From the NCBI GenBank assembly GCA_963833505.1, contig CAWHYG010000007.1:402996-466995 (forward strand): a stretch of DNA of 64,000 bases, given 5' to 3'. This stretch comes from Candidatus Eiseniibacteriota bacterium (GTDB lineage Bacteria > Eisenbacteria > RBG-16-71-46 > CAIMUX01). A program made the translations under genes and the position numbers. The notes beneath the pieces are model-generated. The model had not been told where the DNA came from. It searched no databases and was given only the letters and a program-made list of their open reading frames with translations. The first letter of the stretch is position 1. Each line of letters begins with the position of its first letter. Of the stretch, positions 32,106 through 43,140 are shown piece by piece.

Positions 32106-33604
32106 GACCGGAAGACCCGCGGGAAGGCGCGCGCCGGGCGAACGGATCGGGAAGAGGCGGACCCGGGCGGATGCGCGACGCCGCCGCCGATCCGGGCGGT
32201 CCCCGCATCCGGGAAGGCGGCCCCGCACGCCAGCGCGACGCCGGAAGCGGCGGCGGAGCCGCTCTCAGCGGCCGGCTTTCCGCGGTGTCCCTTTTCGATC
32301 TCTGTCAGTTCCTCATGCTCAACCGCAAGACCGGCACGCTCGAGGTGCGTTCGGACTCGGGCGGCCTCCAGCTGACCTTCCAGGAGGGACAGCTCATGAA
32401 CGCGTCCGACGGCACCCTCCGGGATGCCGAGGGCGTGGTCTTCCGGGCGCTGCAATGGCCGGCGGGAACCTTCGAATTCAACCCCGGCCCGGTTCCACCC
32501 GAGCGCCGCATCGAGGCGTCGACGGAGAACATCCTCCTGGAGTCGGCTCGGCGGATCGACGAGATGAGAGCTTCGGGGGAGACGGGGGATGCCGGCGAGC
32601 CCGAAACCACGCGGGAAGCCGCGTTCCGAGAGACCCAACAGCGAGCGGAAGCGCTCTCTGAAGCGTTCCGGACCGCGGTCGGAGCCAGCGGGGCCGGGAT
32701 GTTCGGGTGGAAGAACGCCGCGTTCCAGCTCCTCTCGAGCGGCGAGGCGGAACGGCTCCTCCTGGGATCCGAGGGAGATTTGTGGGCGCTCGCGCCGGAT
32801 GGGGCCCGGCATCTTCGCAACCTCGGGTCCGACGAAGCGCAGGCCTGGATGGAAGAGGTGTTTCCGGCGGCCGACCGTCGAGGAAGCGCGCGCCGGGCAC
32901 CGGGACCTTCCCGCCGTTCCATCCCCGGGCCGGACGGGATCTGCCTCTCGGCGTTCCACTGGAGCGGAGCGCATGGATCCCGGCTGATCGTCGGAAAGGC
33001 TCCCGAGGCGCCTCCGACCTTCGAGAGCCTGGGTCTTCCGGGCAGCGATCTCCAGGCTCTGGAGGCCCAGCGCGCGCCGGTGCTCCTCCTGGCCTCCGCC
33101 GGCGGCAAGGCGGATCCGCGCGCCGCGCGCGCCTGGCGAGCGGCGCACCTCGGGGCCTCCGGCCTCGCCGCCTGGATGTCGGCGCGATCCGCGACGCGGC
33201 CGGAGGTCGGGCTGGTGGTCGAAAGCCGGCCCGTGCATGACTGGCGCCGGCTGCCCGGGAGAATCGAGTCCGTCCATCCATCGCAGGTCAGCCGGTCCGG
33301 CGCCTTGCCGGAGCTGTGCGGCGCGCTTGCGGTGGAATTCCTGGCCGTTTCCGGTCCGATCCCTCCCGGATTGCTGGACGATGCTCTGGAGCTTGCGCAG
33401 GAAGGAGTCCGCGTCGCGGTCGTGGCCTCTTCCCGCAATCCCGAGGCCTGGGCCCGCCGGGCGGGCGCGGCCGATCGAACGGACCCCGATGCAGCCAAGG
33501 CGCTCTTGCGCCGCTTCAGCCTCATCTGGTCCTTGTCGGAATCGTCCGGGCCGGGCGGAATCTCCGTCCGCACCCGATTGATCGCTCTTCCCGCGCAGCC
33601 ATGA
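32102..33604 (+). CDS. DUF4388 domain protein with a Gly/Arg-rich N-terminus
   Basis: The DUF4388 signature LSAVSLFDLCQFLMLNRKTGTLEVRS...GQLMNA...EGVVFRALQWPAGTFEFNP is present. GTGA overlaps the pilT stop, and an alternative ATG lies at 32171. Overlapping minus-strand ORFs are artefacts. Confidence 0.6.
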   Translation: MRPEDPREGARRANGSGRGGPGRMRDAAADPGGPRIREGGPARQRDAGSGGGAALSGRLSAVSLFDLCQFLMLNRKTGTLEVRSDSGGLQLTFQEGQLMNASDGTLRDAEGVVFRALQWPAGTFEFNPGPVPPERRIEASTENILLESARRIDEMRASGETGDAGEPETTREAAFRETQQRAEALSEAFRTAVGASGAGMFGWKNAAFQLLSSGEAERLLLGSEGDLWALAPDGARHLRNLGSDEAQAWMEEVFPAADRRGSARRAPGPSRRSIPGPDGICLSAFHWSGAHGSRLIVGKAPEAPPTFESLGLPGSDLQALEAQRAPVLLLASAGGKADPRAARAWRAAHLGASGLAAWMSARSATRPEVGLVVESRPVHDWRRLPGRIESVHPSQVSRSGALPELCGALAVEFLAVSGPIPPGLLDDALELAQEGVRVAVVASSRNPEAWARRAGAADRTDPDAAKALLRRFSLIWSLSESSGPGGISVRTRLIALPAQP

Positions 33605-33749
33605 GGGCGAACCCGAAGTGATTTCCAGTCTGGACAGACCGAGACCGCCTCTCTATCCTGGCGGTTCCTGGGAGTCCGCTTCCGCCCACTTTTCGCCGGG
33701 CGAATCCGACTGGTGGCCGAGGCGATCGTCCCGGCAGGTCCGGCGAGGG

Positions 33750-35171
33750 ATGACGGAAGAAGGGACCCGCTTGGAACCCGACGACGAATTCGACGGCGCC
33801 GAACCCGGTCGCCCTGCCCCCGACATCGGCCAGAGGATCGTTCCGCGGACCTTTCGCGGCACTCGGGACTTCCTGCCCGCGGAGATGATCCGGCGGGAGG
33901 AGATCTTCGAGTATCTGCGCGACGTCTTCCGGTTGTTCGGATTCTCTCCGCTCGAGACCCCCGCGATGGAGTTCCTGGAGATCCTGCTCGGCAAGTACGG
34001 GCAGGAGGGGGACAAGCTCATCTATCCGCTGGCGTACAAGGGCGGCCGGACCCTGGCGCTGCGTTATGACCTCACGGTTCCCCTGGCCCGGGTCGTGGCT
34101 TCGCACGCGGAGCTGCCCCGGCCTTTCAAGCGCTACCAGATGCAACCGGTCTGGCGGGCCGACCGGCCGCAGCAGGGACGATTCCGCGAGTTCTATCAAT
34201 GCGACGTGGACATCGTGGGGGAATCCCATCGGCTGGCCGACGCGGAGATCCTCGCTCTGACCGCGCGGGTGTTGACGGGACTCGACATCGGCGCATTCCG
34301 CGTGCGCGTCAACCATCGGAAGGTCCTCGAAGGCATCGTGGAGCTCTCGGGTCTTCCGGCCGGGGCCGGGCCTGCGGTTCTCCGGGCGGTCGACAAGGTG
34401 GACAAGGTCGGCGAAGCCGGGATTGAAGGAGAGCTGGCCGCCGAGGGCATCGAAGCGGAAGTGCGGCGCCGGATCCTCGATCTCCTCGCCCGGCCCCCGG
34501 GCGGTCCGGAGGCGATCCGCGACCTGGCCAGCGCCTGGCCGGGAATCGCCTCGATCCAGGAAGGCTGTCGGGACCTGCTCGAGATCTGGGGATACCTGGC
34601 CGCGATGGGCGAGGACACGAGATCGTTCGAGTTTCGCCTGACCCTGGCCCGAGGCCTCGACTACTACACCGGCGCGGTCTTCGAGTCCTTTCTCGAATCA
34701 CTTCCGCGTCTCGGCAGCGTCACCGGCGGGGGACGCTACGACGGCCTGGTCGGCGTCTTCTCGGAAGAGAACGTCCCCGGGGTCGGGACCAGCATCGGCG
34801 TGGAACGGATTCTCGCGGCCATGGAGCAGACCGGACGAAAGGGAGAGCGGATCTCGCGGACCGACGTCCTGGTCATCCAGTTCGGCGCGGAATCCGAAGC
34901 GGCGTCCCTCGCCCTGACCGGCCGGCTGCGGCAGGCCGGGCTTCGGACCGAGATCTGGTATCGTCCCGAACGGCTGAAGAAGCAGCTTTCGCAGGCCGAT
35001 CGGCGCGGGATCCCGATCGTCATCTTCCAGGGGCCGGACGAGGCCGCTCGGGGCGAATGGGTGGCCAAGCGACTCGCCAACGGCGAACAGCGGCTCCTGC
35101 CGGACGCCGACGCTCCGGAGCGATTGGTCGCCTGGCTCGCGGAAGGACGATCGGGTGCGGCGGCGCGTTGA
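33750..35171 (+). CDS. hisS: histidyl-tRNA synthetase
   Basis: The class II motifs and the HisS-specific RGTRDFLP and QCDVDIVGES are present. An alternative upstream GTG lies at 33618. Confidence 0.85.
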   Translation: MTEEGTRLEPDDEFDGAEPGRPAPDIGQRIVPRTFRGTRDFLPAEMIRREEIFEYLRDVFRLFGFSPLETPAMEFLEILLGKYGQEGDKLIYPLAYKGGRTLALRYDLTVPLARVVASHAELPRPFKRYQMQPVWRADRPQQGRFREFYQCDVDIVGESHRLADAEILALTARVLTGLDIGAFRVRVNHRKVLEGIVELSGLPAGAGPAVLRAVDKVDKVGEAGIEGELAAEGIEAEVRRRILDLLARPPGGPEAIRDLASAWPGIASIQEGCRDLLEIWGYLAAMGEDTRSFEFRLTLARGLDYYTGAVFESFLESLPRLGSVTGGGRYDGLVGVFSEENVPGVGTSIGVERILAAMEQTGRKGERISRTDVLVIQFGAESEAASLALTGRLRQAGLRTEIWYRPERLKKQLSQADRRGIPIVIFQGPDEAARGEWVAKRLANGEQRLLPDADAPERLVAWLAEGRSGAAAR

Positions 35172-35263
35172 CGGGCGCCGGGCGCGGATGCTAGCGTCAC
35201 CGCTGTCGATCCTCAGAAGAGGCGACCGGGGCGGTCTGCCGGGGTTTGGGGGGAGCGGGGGAG

Positions 35264-36190
35264 ATGATACGAACAAGGGGTATCGTGGCGCTGAGTCGAT
35301 GGGCGGTCGAGTTCGGTCTCACCTTCCTGATCCTGGCGACGGCGGCCGGTCCGACACGGGCGGCCGAGCCGCGGGCCAGGGTATCGCTGGCCGGGACCAT
35401 CGGCGTATCCAGCTACAGCATGTCGGATGTCAACAACCGCATCGATGCCGGCAACCAGTACCTGAAGGAACAGGGCTGGGACCAGCTGGGCGACCTGAAA
35501 TCCGGCTACAATTTCACGGGCGATCTCCGGATCCGGCTGACGGGACCGTTCTCCCTTTCGCTCGGAGCGGGCACCACGTCCGGCCGCTCGCGGAAGGAGT
35601 TCGACCAGATCTTCACGGTGGATTCGAAGACCCCGTTCTATCAGGCCGCGGCCGTCTATCGGCTGCCGATCCCGCTGGTGGCCAACACGATCTTTCGCGT
35701 CGGGGCGGGTCCGGTCTACGCCCAGAACGCCGTCCTGAACATCACGCACGAAGTGAGGACGGTGGATGCCGGCACGACGCGGACCGAGAGCGCGCAGATC
35801 AGCGGCAAGGGCTGGGGAGCGCGCGCGTTTCTCGAAGGGGAGATGATCCTGAACAGCCGGGTGACCCTGGTCGCCGATGTCGGCTACCGGCAGCTTTCCA
35901 TCTCGCAGCGCTCGTGGAGCTGGAATCTGAGCCCGGCCCTGATTTGGCCCGCCAATTCTCCGGATCCGTGGCAGACGGACGTGATGTTCAAGAGGGGCAA
36001 CGGCGGTCAGCCGAACGACTGGCTCACGACCTCCTTCCTCTCGGTCAGCTACGGGCCGGACGCAAAACCGATCGTGGACAACAACGGAGTCCCGATCCTC
36101 CAGATCGACGGCCCCGGTGGGAGCCAGCAGATCAACATGGACTTCAGCGGCGTCACCGCCAACATCGGGTTCCGCTTCTACATCTTCTGA
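35264..36190 (+). CDS. outer-membrane beta-barrel protein, hypothetical
   Basis: It has a signal peptide and alternating amphipathic strands. The C-terminus FRFYIF has a terminal aromatic residue. The ATG at 35264 follows GGGGGAG. Confidence 0.65.
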   Translation: MIRTRGIVALSRWAVEFGLTFLILATAAGPTRAAEPRARVSLAGTIGVSSYSMSDVNNRIDAGNQYLKEQGWDQLGDLKSGYNFTGDLRIRLTGPFSLSLGAGTTSGRSRKEFDQIFTVDSKTPFYQAAAVYRLPIPLVANTIFRVGAGPVYAQNAVLNITHEVRTVDAGTTRTESAQISGKGWGARAFLEGEMILNSRVTLVADVGYRQLSISQRSWSWNLSPALIWPANSPDPWQTDVMFKRGNGGQPNDWLTTSFLSVSYGPDAKPIVDNNGVPILQIDGPGGSQQINMDFSGVTANIGFRFYIF

Positions 36191-36255
36191 TTCCCGCCGG
36201 AATTCCCGTTTTCCGATCCCGGGCCGCCTTCCGGCCGGGCGCGAGCGGTTGGTGG

Positions 36256-38245
36256 TTGGCGCTCGCGCTGCTGTTTCTGCCCGGCTCGTTCGCGCGCGGC
36301 CAGGCCGTACCCGTGATGCCGATCGATCAGGTTCGACCGGGAATGAAGGGCATCGGCAAGACCGTGTTCCGGGGAACCACGATCGAGGAATTCGGCGTCG
36401 AGATCTTGGGCGTGATGCATGACGCCCGCCCGCGCGGCGACGTGATTCTCTTCCGCGGCGAAGGGGACGAGCTCGCCCATGACGGGATCATCGCGGGCAT
36501 GAGCGGCAGTCCGGTCTACGTCGACGGCAAGCTCATCGGGGCGGTCGCGTTCGCCTATCCGCTGGCCAAGGATCCCATCGGAGGGATCACGCCGATCGGG
36601 GAGATGCTCGGTCTGCTTTCCCTGCCGCGCGTGCCACCCGGAACGGAGGACGAGGGCCCCGAGGCGCCTGCTCCGGCAGGGAGCAAGGCGGTCGGGAGAG
36701 CCGAGCAGAGCCGAACCCCGGTTCAGGGCGGACTCCCCGTGCCGACCCGGCCGGGCGCGGCGGACCGGTTGATGGTCGGGGCAGGCCGAAGCGATGCCCC
36801 CGGCGGGGCCGATGCGGGATACGGCGGCTCGGGCTCGGATGCAGGATACGGCGGGTCGGCGACGTTCCAGGGCTTGTGGCAACGCTTCCTGTTCCGGAGC
36901 AATCCGACTGGGGCGCCGGCTGACGGCGACGTCGAGCCGCTGCCTCTGGCTACGGCGACCGCGGGCGGCGGGCTCGTCCCGCTCGCGCTGAGCGTGTCCT
37001 CGTCCGGTTGGTCACCGGCGCTTCAGCCCGAGATGTCCCGGCAGCTCGATGCGCTTGGATTTCTGGCCACTCCAGCCTCGGGCGGAGCGGCCGTCGAGTC
37101 GGACGCCTCCGCGATGAAACTCGAGCCGGGCGCTGCAGTCGGCGTCCAGCTCGTGGGCGGCGACGCCAACCTGGCCGCGATCGGAACCGTGACCTATGTC
37201 GACGGCGACACGGTCCTGGCCTTCGGGCATCCGATGACGCAAGCCGGGCCGGTGGCGCTCCCCATGACCGGCGCCTTCATCCAGACCGTGCTCCCGAATC
37301 TCGAGGTGTCCTTCAAGATGGGGTCGGCCACCGCGCCGGTGGGCCGCATCTACGAGGATCGGCGAACCGGCGTCGTCGGAAGCCTGGGAGCGCTTCCGCC
37401 CCTGATCTCGGTCCGCGTGATCGTCGAGGGGCCCGGAGGGCGCTCGAACATCTTCCACTATCGGGTGGTCCGGCATCCCTCGTTCACGCCGATCTTCCTG
37501 CCCTGGGTGGTGGCGAATTCCTACCTTGCCTCCGGCTGGACGGAAGGCACCGCCTCGGGCCGATCCGACGTCAAGGTCTTCTACAACGGCGGCCAGACCA
37601 TGGATCGCGTCGACCGGTTCGTCAGCGAAACGCCCGGCTCCGATCTCGGCAAGGATCTCGCGGTTCCGGCCCTGCTCCTCCTGACGAATCCGTTCGAGAT
37701 CGCCCGGCTGGATTCCATGGAGGTGCGCCTCAGCTACGAACGAAGGAACGTTGAGGCGCAAGTGATGCAGGTGGAGTGTTCCGAGCGCGTGGCGCACGCG
37801 GGCGACAGCCTCGCGGTGCGGGTCACGCTGGATCCTTACCGGCAGCCCTACGCGGAGCGCGAAGTGACGATCGGTATCCCGACGGCCTGGGTCGGACGGC
37901 GGATCCTGATCAGCGCCGGCGGCATCGGAGACATGATCGACTGGGACAAGGATCGCGCTCCGGGAAAGTACTCGCCGCTGAGTCTCGAGGAGCTGCGCCA
38001 TTCTGGTCGAGCACGTGCCCGACGAGGGCACGCTCATCGTCAGGGCGGTCGCGGAAGACTCGGGGAATCTGATCGGGCTGGCCGATCTGCCCGGGCTGCC
38101 GCCCTCCCTCGACACCGCGTCCCGGGCGCCGGGGAACCTCGCGTCCGTCCGGGACACGGACGGTTCCATCCTGCTCGAGCGGCGGCTCGATACTCCCTGG
38201 ATCGTCAGCGGCCGGGAAACGGTCGGAGTGGAGGTGAAGCGGTGA
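36256..38245 (+). CDS. secreted SpoIVB-like serine peptidase (MEROPS S55-like) with an unknown C-terminal domain of about 450 aa; the reading frame breaks near 37990-38015
   Basis: The S55 pattern GMKGIGKTVFRGTTIEEFGVEILGVMHD...GIIAGMSGSPVYVDGKLIGAVAFAY...DPIGGITPIGEML is present. Frame 1 becomes junk after ...SLEELRH. Frame 2 continues as LVEHVPDEGTLIVRAVAED...VGVEVKR and stops at 38245. The N-terminal start is uncertain: TTG 36256, or a non-canonical CTG 36187 that overlaps the OMP gene stop. Confidence 0.55.
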
Positions 38246-40524
38246 TCAAGAGAGATCCGGCGGGATTCGGCGGCCGTCACCGGCCGGCGCGGAGCGGAGC
38301 CCGGTTCGGCATCGTCATCGGGCTCCTTCTTTCGGCGGCGTGGTTCGGAACGGCTGGAGCGGTGCGCACCGAGTTCTTCCGGGCCGACTCCTATGACGCC
38401 TTCCAGCGCGGCCGGATCGAAGGCGTCGCCCTCAAGGACGACGGCACGGCGATGCCGGCCCCGGAAGCCGTCCTGCTGTCGGATCCGAGCCTGCGGACGA
38501 TCTGGGCGCTCGCTCCCCTGGGATCCGACCGCCTCGTCCTGGCCACCGGAGATGAAGGGCAGCTTGTACAAGTCAACCTGAAGGAGAAGGAGCCGGAGTC
38601 GAAGGTGCTGGCCACGCTCTTCGACACGCAGACGTTCGCCCTCGCGGCCGATGCCCGCGGTAATCTGTACGCGGCCGGGGCGCCGGTCGGCACCGTCACC
38701 CGGATCAGTCCCGACGGGACGGCGCGGAACCTCTTCAACATGCCGGAAGGCGTGGTCTTCTGCCTGCTGGCCGCGCCGGACGGTTCGATCTACGCCGGGA
38801 CCGGAGAGCGCGGGAGGTTGTACAAGATCACGCCGGACGGGGACGGCGCGGTCGTGGCGGAAACGGGCGATCTGTCGCTCCGGTGCATGGCCTGGCTCGC
38901 CAACGGGCATATCCTGATGGGCACCGACGGGCGCGGCCTGGTCGAGGAGTTCGATCCGGGCAGCGGGAAGATGCGGGTGCTTTACGACGCGGCGGAGGAG
39001 GAGATCGTATCGGTGGCGCCGGCCGCGGACGGAGGGTTCTACTTCGCCGCCAATCCGGGAGCAGGAGGCGCAGCGGGCGGCGGAGGCGGCCCGGCCGGCC
39101 CATCCGGCGGCGGCGGGAGATCCGATCCTCCCACCGAGGAGAAGGGAAGCGGAGCGGTCCATGAACCGGCCGCGCCTCCGGCGGTCACCGCAGGACCCGG
39201 CGGACCCGGCGGATCCGGCGGCCCGACCCTGTACCGGATGCATCCGGACGGTTCGGTCGAACCCCTTTGGAGCTGCCCCGAGCACATGATCCACGCGGTG
39301 GCGGTGGACCCCGACGGCAACGCGCTGGTGGCGACGGGAGAGAAGGCCTGCCTCTATCGGGTGGCGCCGAACGGAAACGTGACGCTTCTCTGGCGCCCGG
39401 ACGAGGAGCAGCTTCTTTCCATCCTGCCGGTCGGATCGACGATCTACGCCGGCACGGGGAACCCCGGCCGGCTGTATCGCATCGGGCCTGGAACCGCTTC
39501 CGAGGGAATGGTGACGTCGAAGATCATGGACGCCGGCGACCAGGCTCGTTGGGGCACGCTCTCCTGGGACGGGTTTTCGATGCGCGGAGGGAACGAGCCC
39601 GGGATCTCCTTCGAGACCCGATCGGGATTCACGGACAGCCCCGACCCTTCGTGGAGCGATTGGACAGTCGCGAAGTCATCCGACGAGGGCCTTCTGGTCG
39701 ACAGTCCTCCGGCCCGATTCCTGCAGTGGCGCGTCCATTTCAAGGCCGACGGGAAGGGCGGGCCCATCCTCCGGCGCGTCAGCATCGCCTACGGCGTCGC
39801 GAACGCGGCGCCCAGGATCGTCGCGTTCCACCTCACGCCGGGGGAGCCGACCTACATCACCAGCGAAAGCGCGCGCTCCCAGGTCACCCAGGTTCTGCCG
39901 GGCGGCGTGCAGATCGACTACTCGCTTCCGAGCGTCGGGCCGCCGGTCGTCCCGACCGAGGACGTTCCGACCTGGATCCGGCGCATCCGCAGCATCGTTT
40001 GGGACGCGCAGGATCCGGACGGCGACAATCTCGTCTCCCGGATCGAGATCCGCTCCTTCGGGGAAACCGACTGGCACACCCTGGCGGATGAGGTCCATGA
40101 CCGGGCCTGGTCCTTCGAGAGCGGGATGCTGCCGGATGGGGTCTACGAGATCCGCCTGACCGTCTCGGATTCCCCGTCGAATCCCCCCGGGACCGAGCTG
40201 ACGGACGAGATCATCTCGCCCCCGTTCCACGTGGACACGACGCCTCCGGTCGTCCAGGACGTGAAAGCGAAGCGGGTGGACAACGCGATCGAGATCACCG
40301 GCACCGCGGTGGACAGCGACTCCCCGATCCAGCACGTCGACGCCACGGTGAACGGCGAGGACTTCCATGATCTCGCCCCGACCGACGGGCTGATGGACAG
40401 CCCGCACGAGGCCTTCTCCGGCCGGATCCCGCTCAAGCCGGGAGATGGCGGAGTCTGGATCGTCGTGCGCGCGTCCGACGCGGCCGGGAACCGCGGCACC
40501 TATCGGGCCTGGCTGGAGCCCTGA
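38242..40524 (+). CDS. secreted beta-propeller protein with C-terminal Ig-like/Big domains, hypothetical
   Basis: The GTG at 38242 overlaps the upstream stop as GTGA. The signal/TM segment is GARFGIVIGLLLSAAWFGTAGA. Repeats of the type DGxxYAGTGxxGRLYRIxPDG follow, and the C-terminus is VDTTPPVV...AGNRGTYRAWLEP. It is fused into an artefactual 1789 aa ORF in the track. Confidence 0.6.
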   Translation: MIKRDPAGFGGRHRPARSGARFGIVIGLLLSAAWFGTAGAVRTEFFRADSYDAFQRGRIEGVALKDDGTAMPAPEAVLLSDPSLRTIWALAPLGSDRLVLATGDEGQLVQVNLKEKEPESKVLATLFDTQTFALAADARGNLYAAGAPVGTVTRISPDGTARNLFNMPEGVVFCLLAAPDGSIYAGTGERGRLYKITPDGDGAVVAETGDLSLRCMAWLANGHILMGTDGRGLVEEFDPGSGKMRVLYDAAEEEIVSVAPAADGGFYFAANPGAGGAAGGGGGPAGPSGGGGRSDPPTEEKGSGAVHEPAAPPAVTAGPGGPGGSGGPTLYRMHPDGSVEPLWSCPEHMIHAVAVDPDGNALVATGEKACLYRVAPNGNVTLLWRPDEEQLLSILPVGSTIYAGTGNPGRLYRIGPGTASEGMVTSKIMDAGDQARWGTLSWDGFSMRGGNEPGISFETRSGFTDSPDPSWSDWTVAKSSDEGLLVDSPPARFLQWRVHFKADGKGGPILRRVSIAYGVANAAPRIVAFHLTPGEPTYITSESARSQVTQVLPGGVQIDYSLPSVGPPVVPTEDVPTWIRRIRSIVWDAQDPDGDNLVSRIEIRSFGETDWHTLADEVHDRAWSFESGMLPDGVYEIRLTVSDSPSNPPGTELTDEIISPPFHVDTTPPVVQDVKAKRVDNAIEITGTAVDSDSPIQHVDATVNGEDFHDLAPTDGLMDSPHEAFSGRIPLKPGDGGVWIVVRASDAAGNRGTYRAWLEP

Positions 40525-40588
40525 GCTTCTCGGCGGCGCGCATCGCGAACTCGCCGCCGCTAGCCCCGCCGTTCGGAACCAGGAAGTT

Positions 40589-42502
<1,914 letters not shown>

Positions 42503-42506
<4 letters not shown>

Positions 42507-42994
42507 CGAGTGGCTCCAGGTTTCCGGTCGAACTCGAAGGTGACGCGCATGTGAAACGGGCCGAGCTCGCTTTCGAAAGGCACGTCCAGCCACGCGGCCT
42601 GCGAGGGATAGTCCACCGAGTAGCTGCTTCCCCGGACCACGGTCGGGAGGCTCAGGTTGATCACGCCGCCTCCCTGGGTCTCGTGGAACCGGGCCTTGGC
42701 GGATCCGGCCACGATGTTCACGAGCTCCGCCACCCCGTCGGCGACGCTGTCTTCGACCTGGTTGGGATCCAGGTGGAGAAACCGCCCGACCAGGGATCGG
42801 GCGGTCTCCATGGAGAAGTTCAGCGCGACGAGTCCGCGCGCGGGTCCGCTCAGGCCGATCATGGCGGTGATGTCGCCGGGACCGCCGCCGTTCCTGGAGA
42901 CCGCCACCGTCCCGCGTTCGACCGAGCATCCGAGCATGGTGGTGAAGAGCTGGTGCACGGATTCGATGAATGGATTGATGTACTCGACTTTCAA
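42503..42994 (-). CDS. cheX: CheX-family chemotaxis phosphatase
   Basis: A TTG start at 42994 gives MKVEYINPFIESVHQLFTTML and is preceded by GGAAGGA. The track start TTG 43084 would add 30 aa. The stop overlaps the cheY start as ATGA. Confidence 0.7.
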
Positions 42995-43140
42995 TTCATT
43001 CCTTCCGGATTCCAACGGGTGGAGGAATCCCGTTCTCCCCCCTGGCCGATGGACGTTCGAGACCTCCTCGCGGAGCCGCTCCAATGCGCTATTTCAGCTA
43101 TCGAACTCCGGGGAGCTTGCGTTGAGGAAAAAGAGGAGAA

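Noticed and set aside
32033-33573. Three overlapping minus-strand ORFs of 267-422 aa
   Set aside because: They are antisense to the DUF4388 gene. The plus frame carries the recognisable domain, and the minus frames are Arg/Ala/Pro junk.
35155-40524. Giant ORF of 1789 aa
   Set aside because: It is read-through in one frame across three real genes (OMP in another frame, S55 peptidase, propeller). The first 1.1 kb and 38005-38240 translate to Arg/Gly junk.
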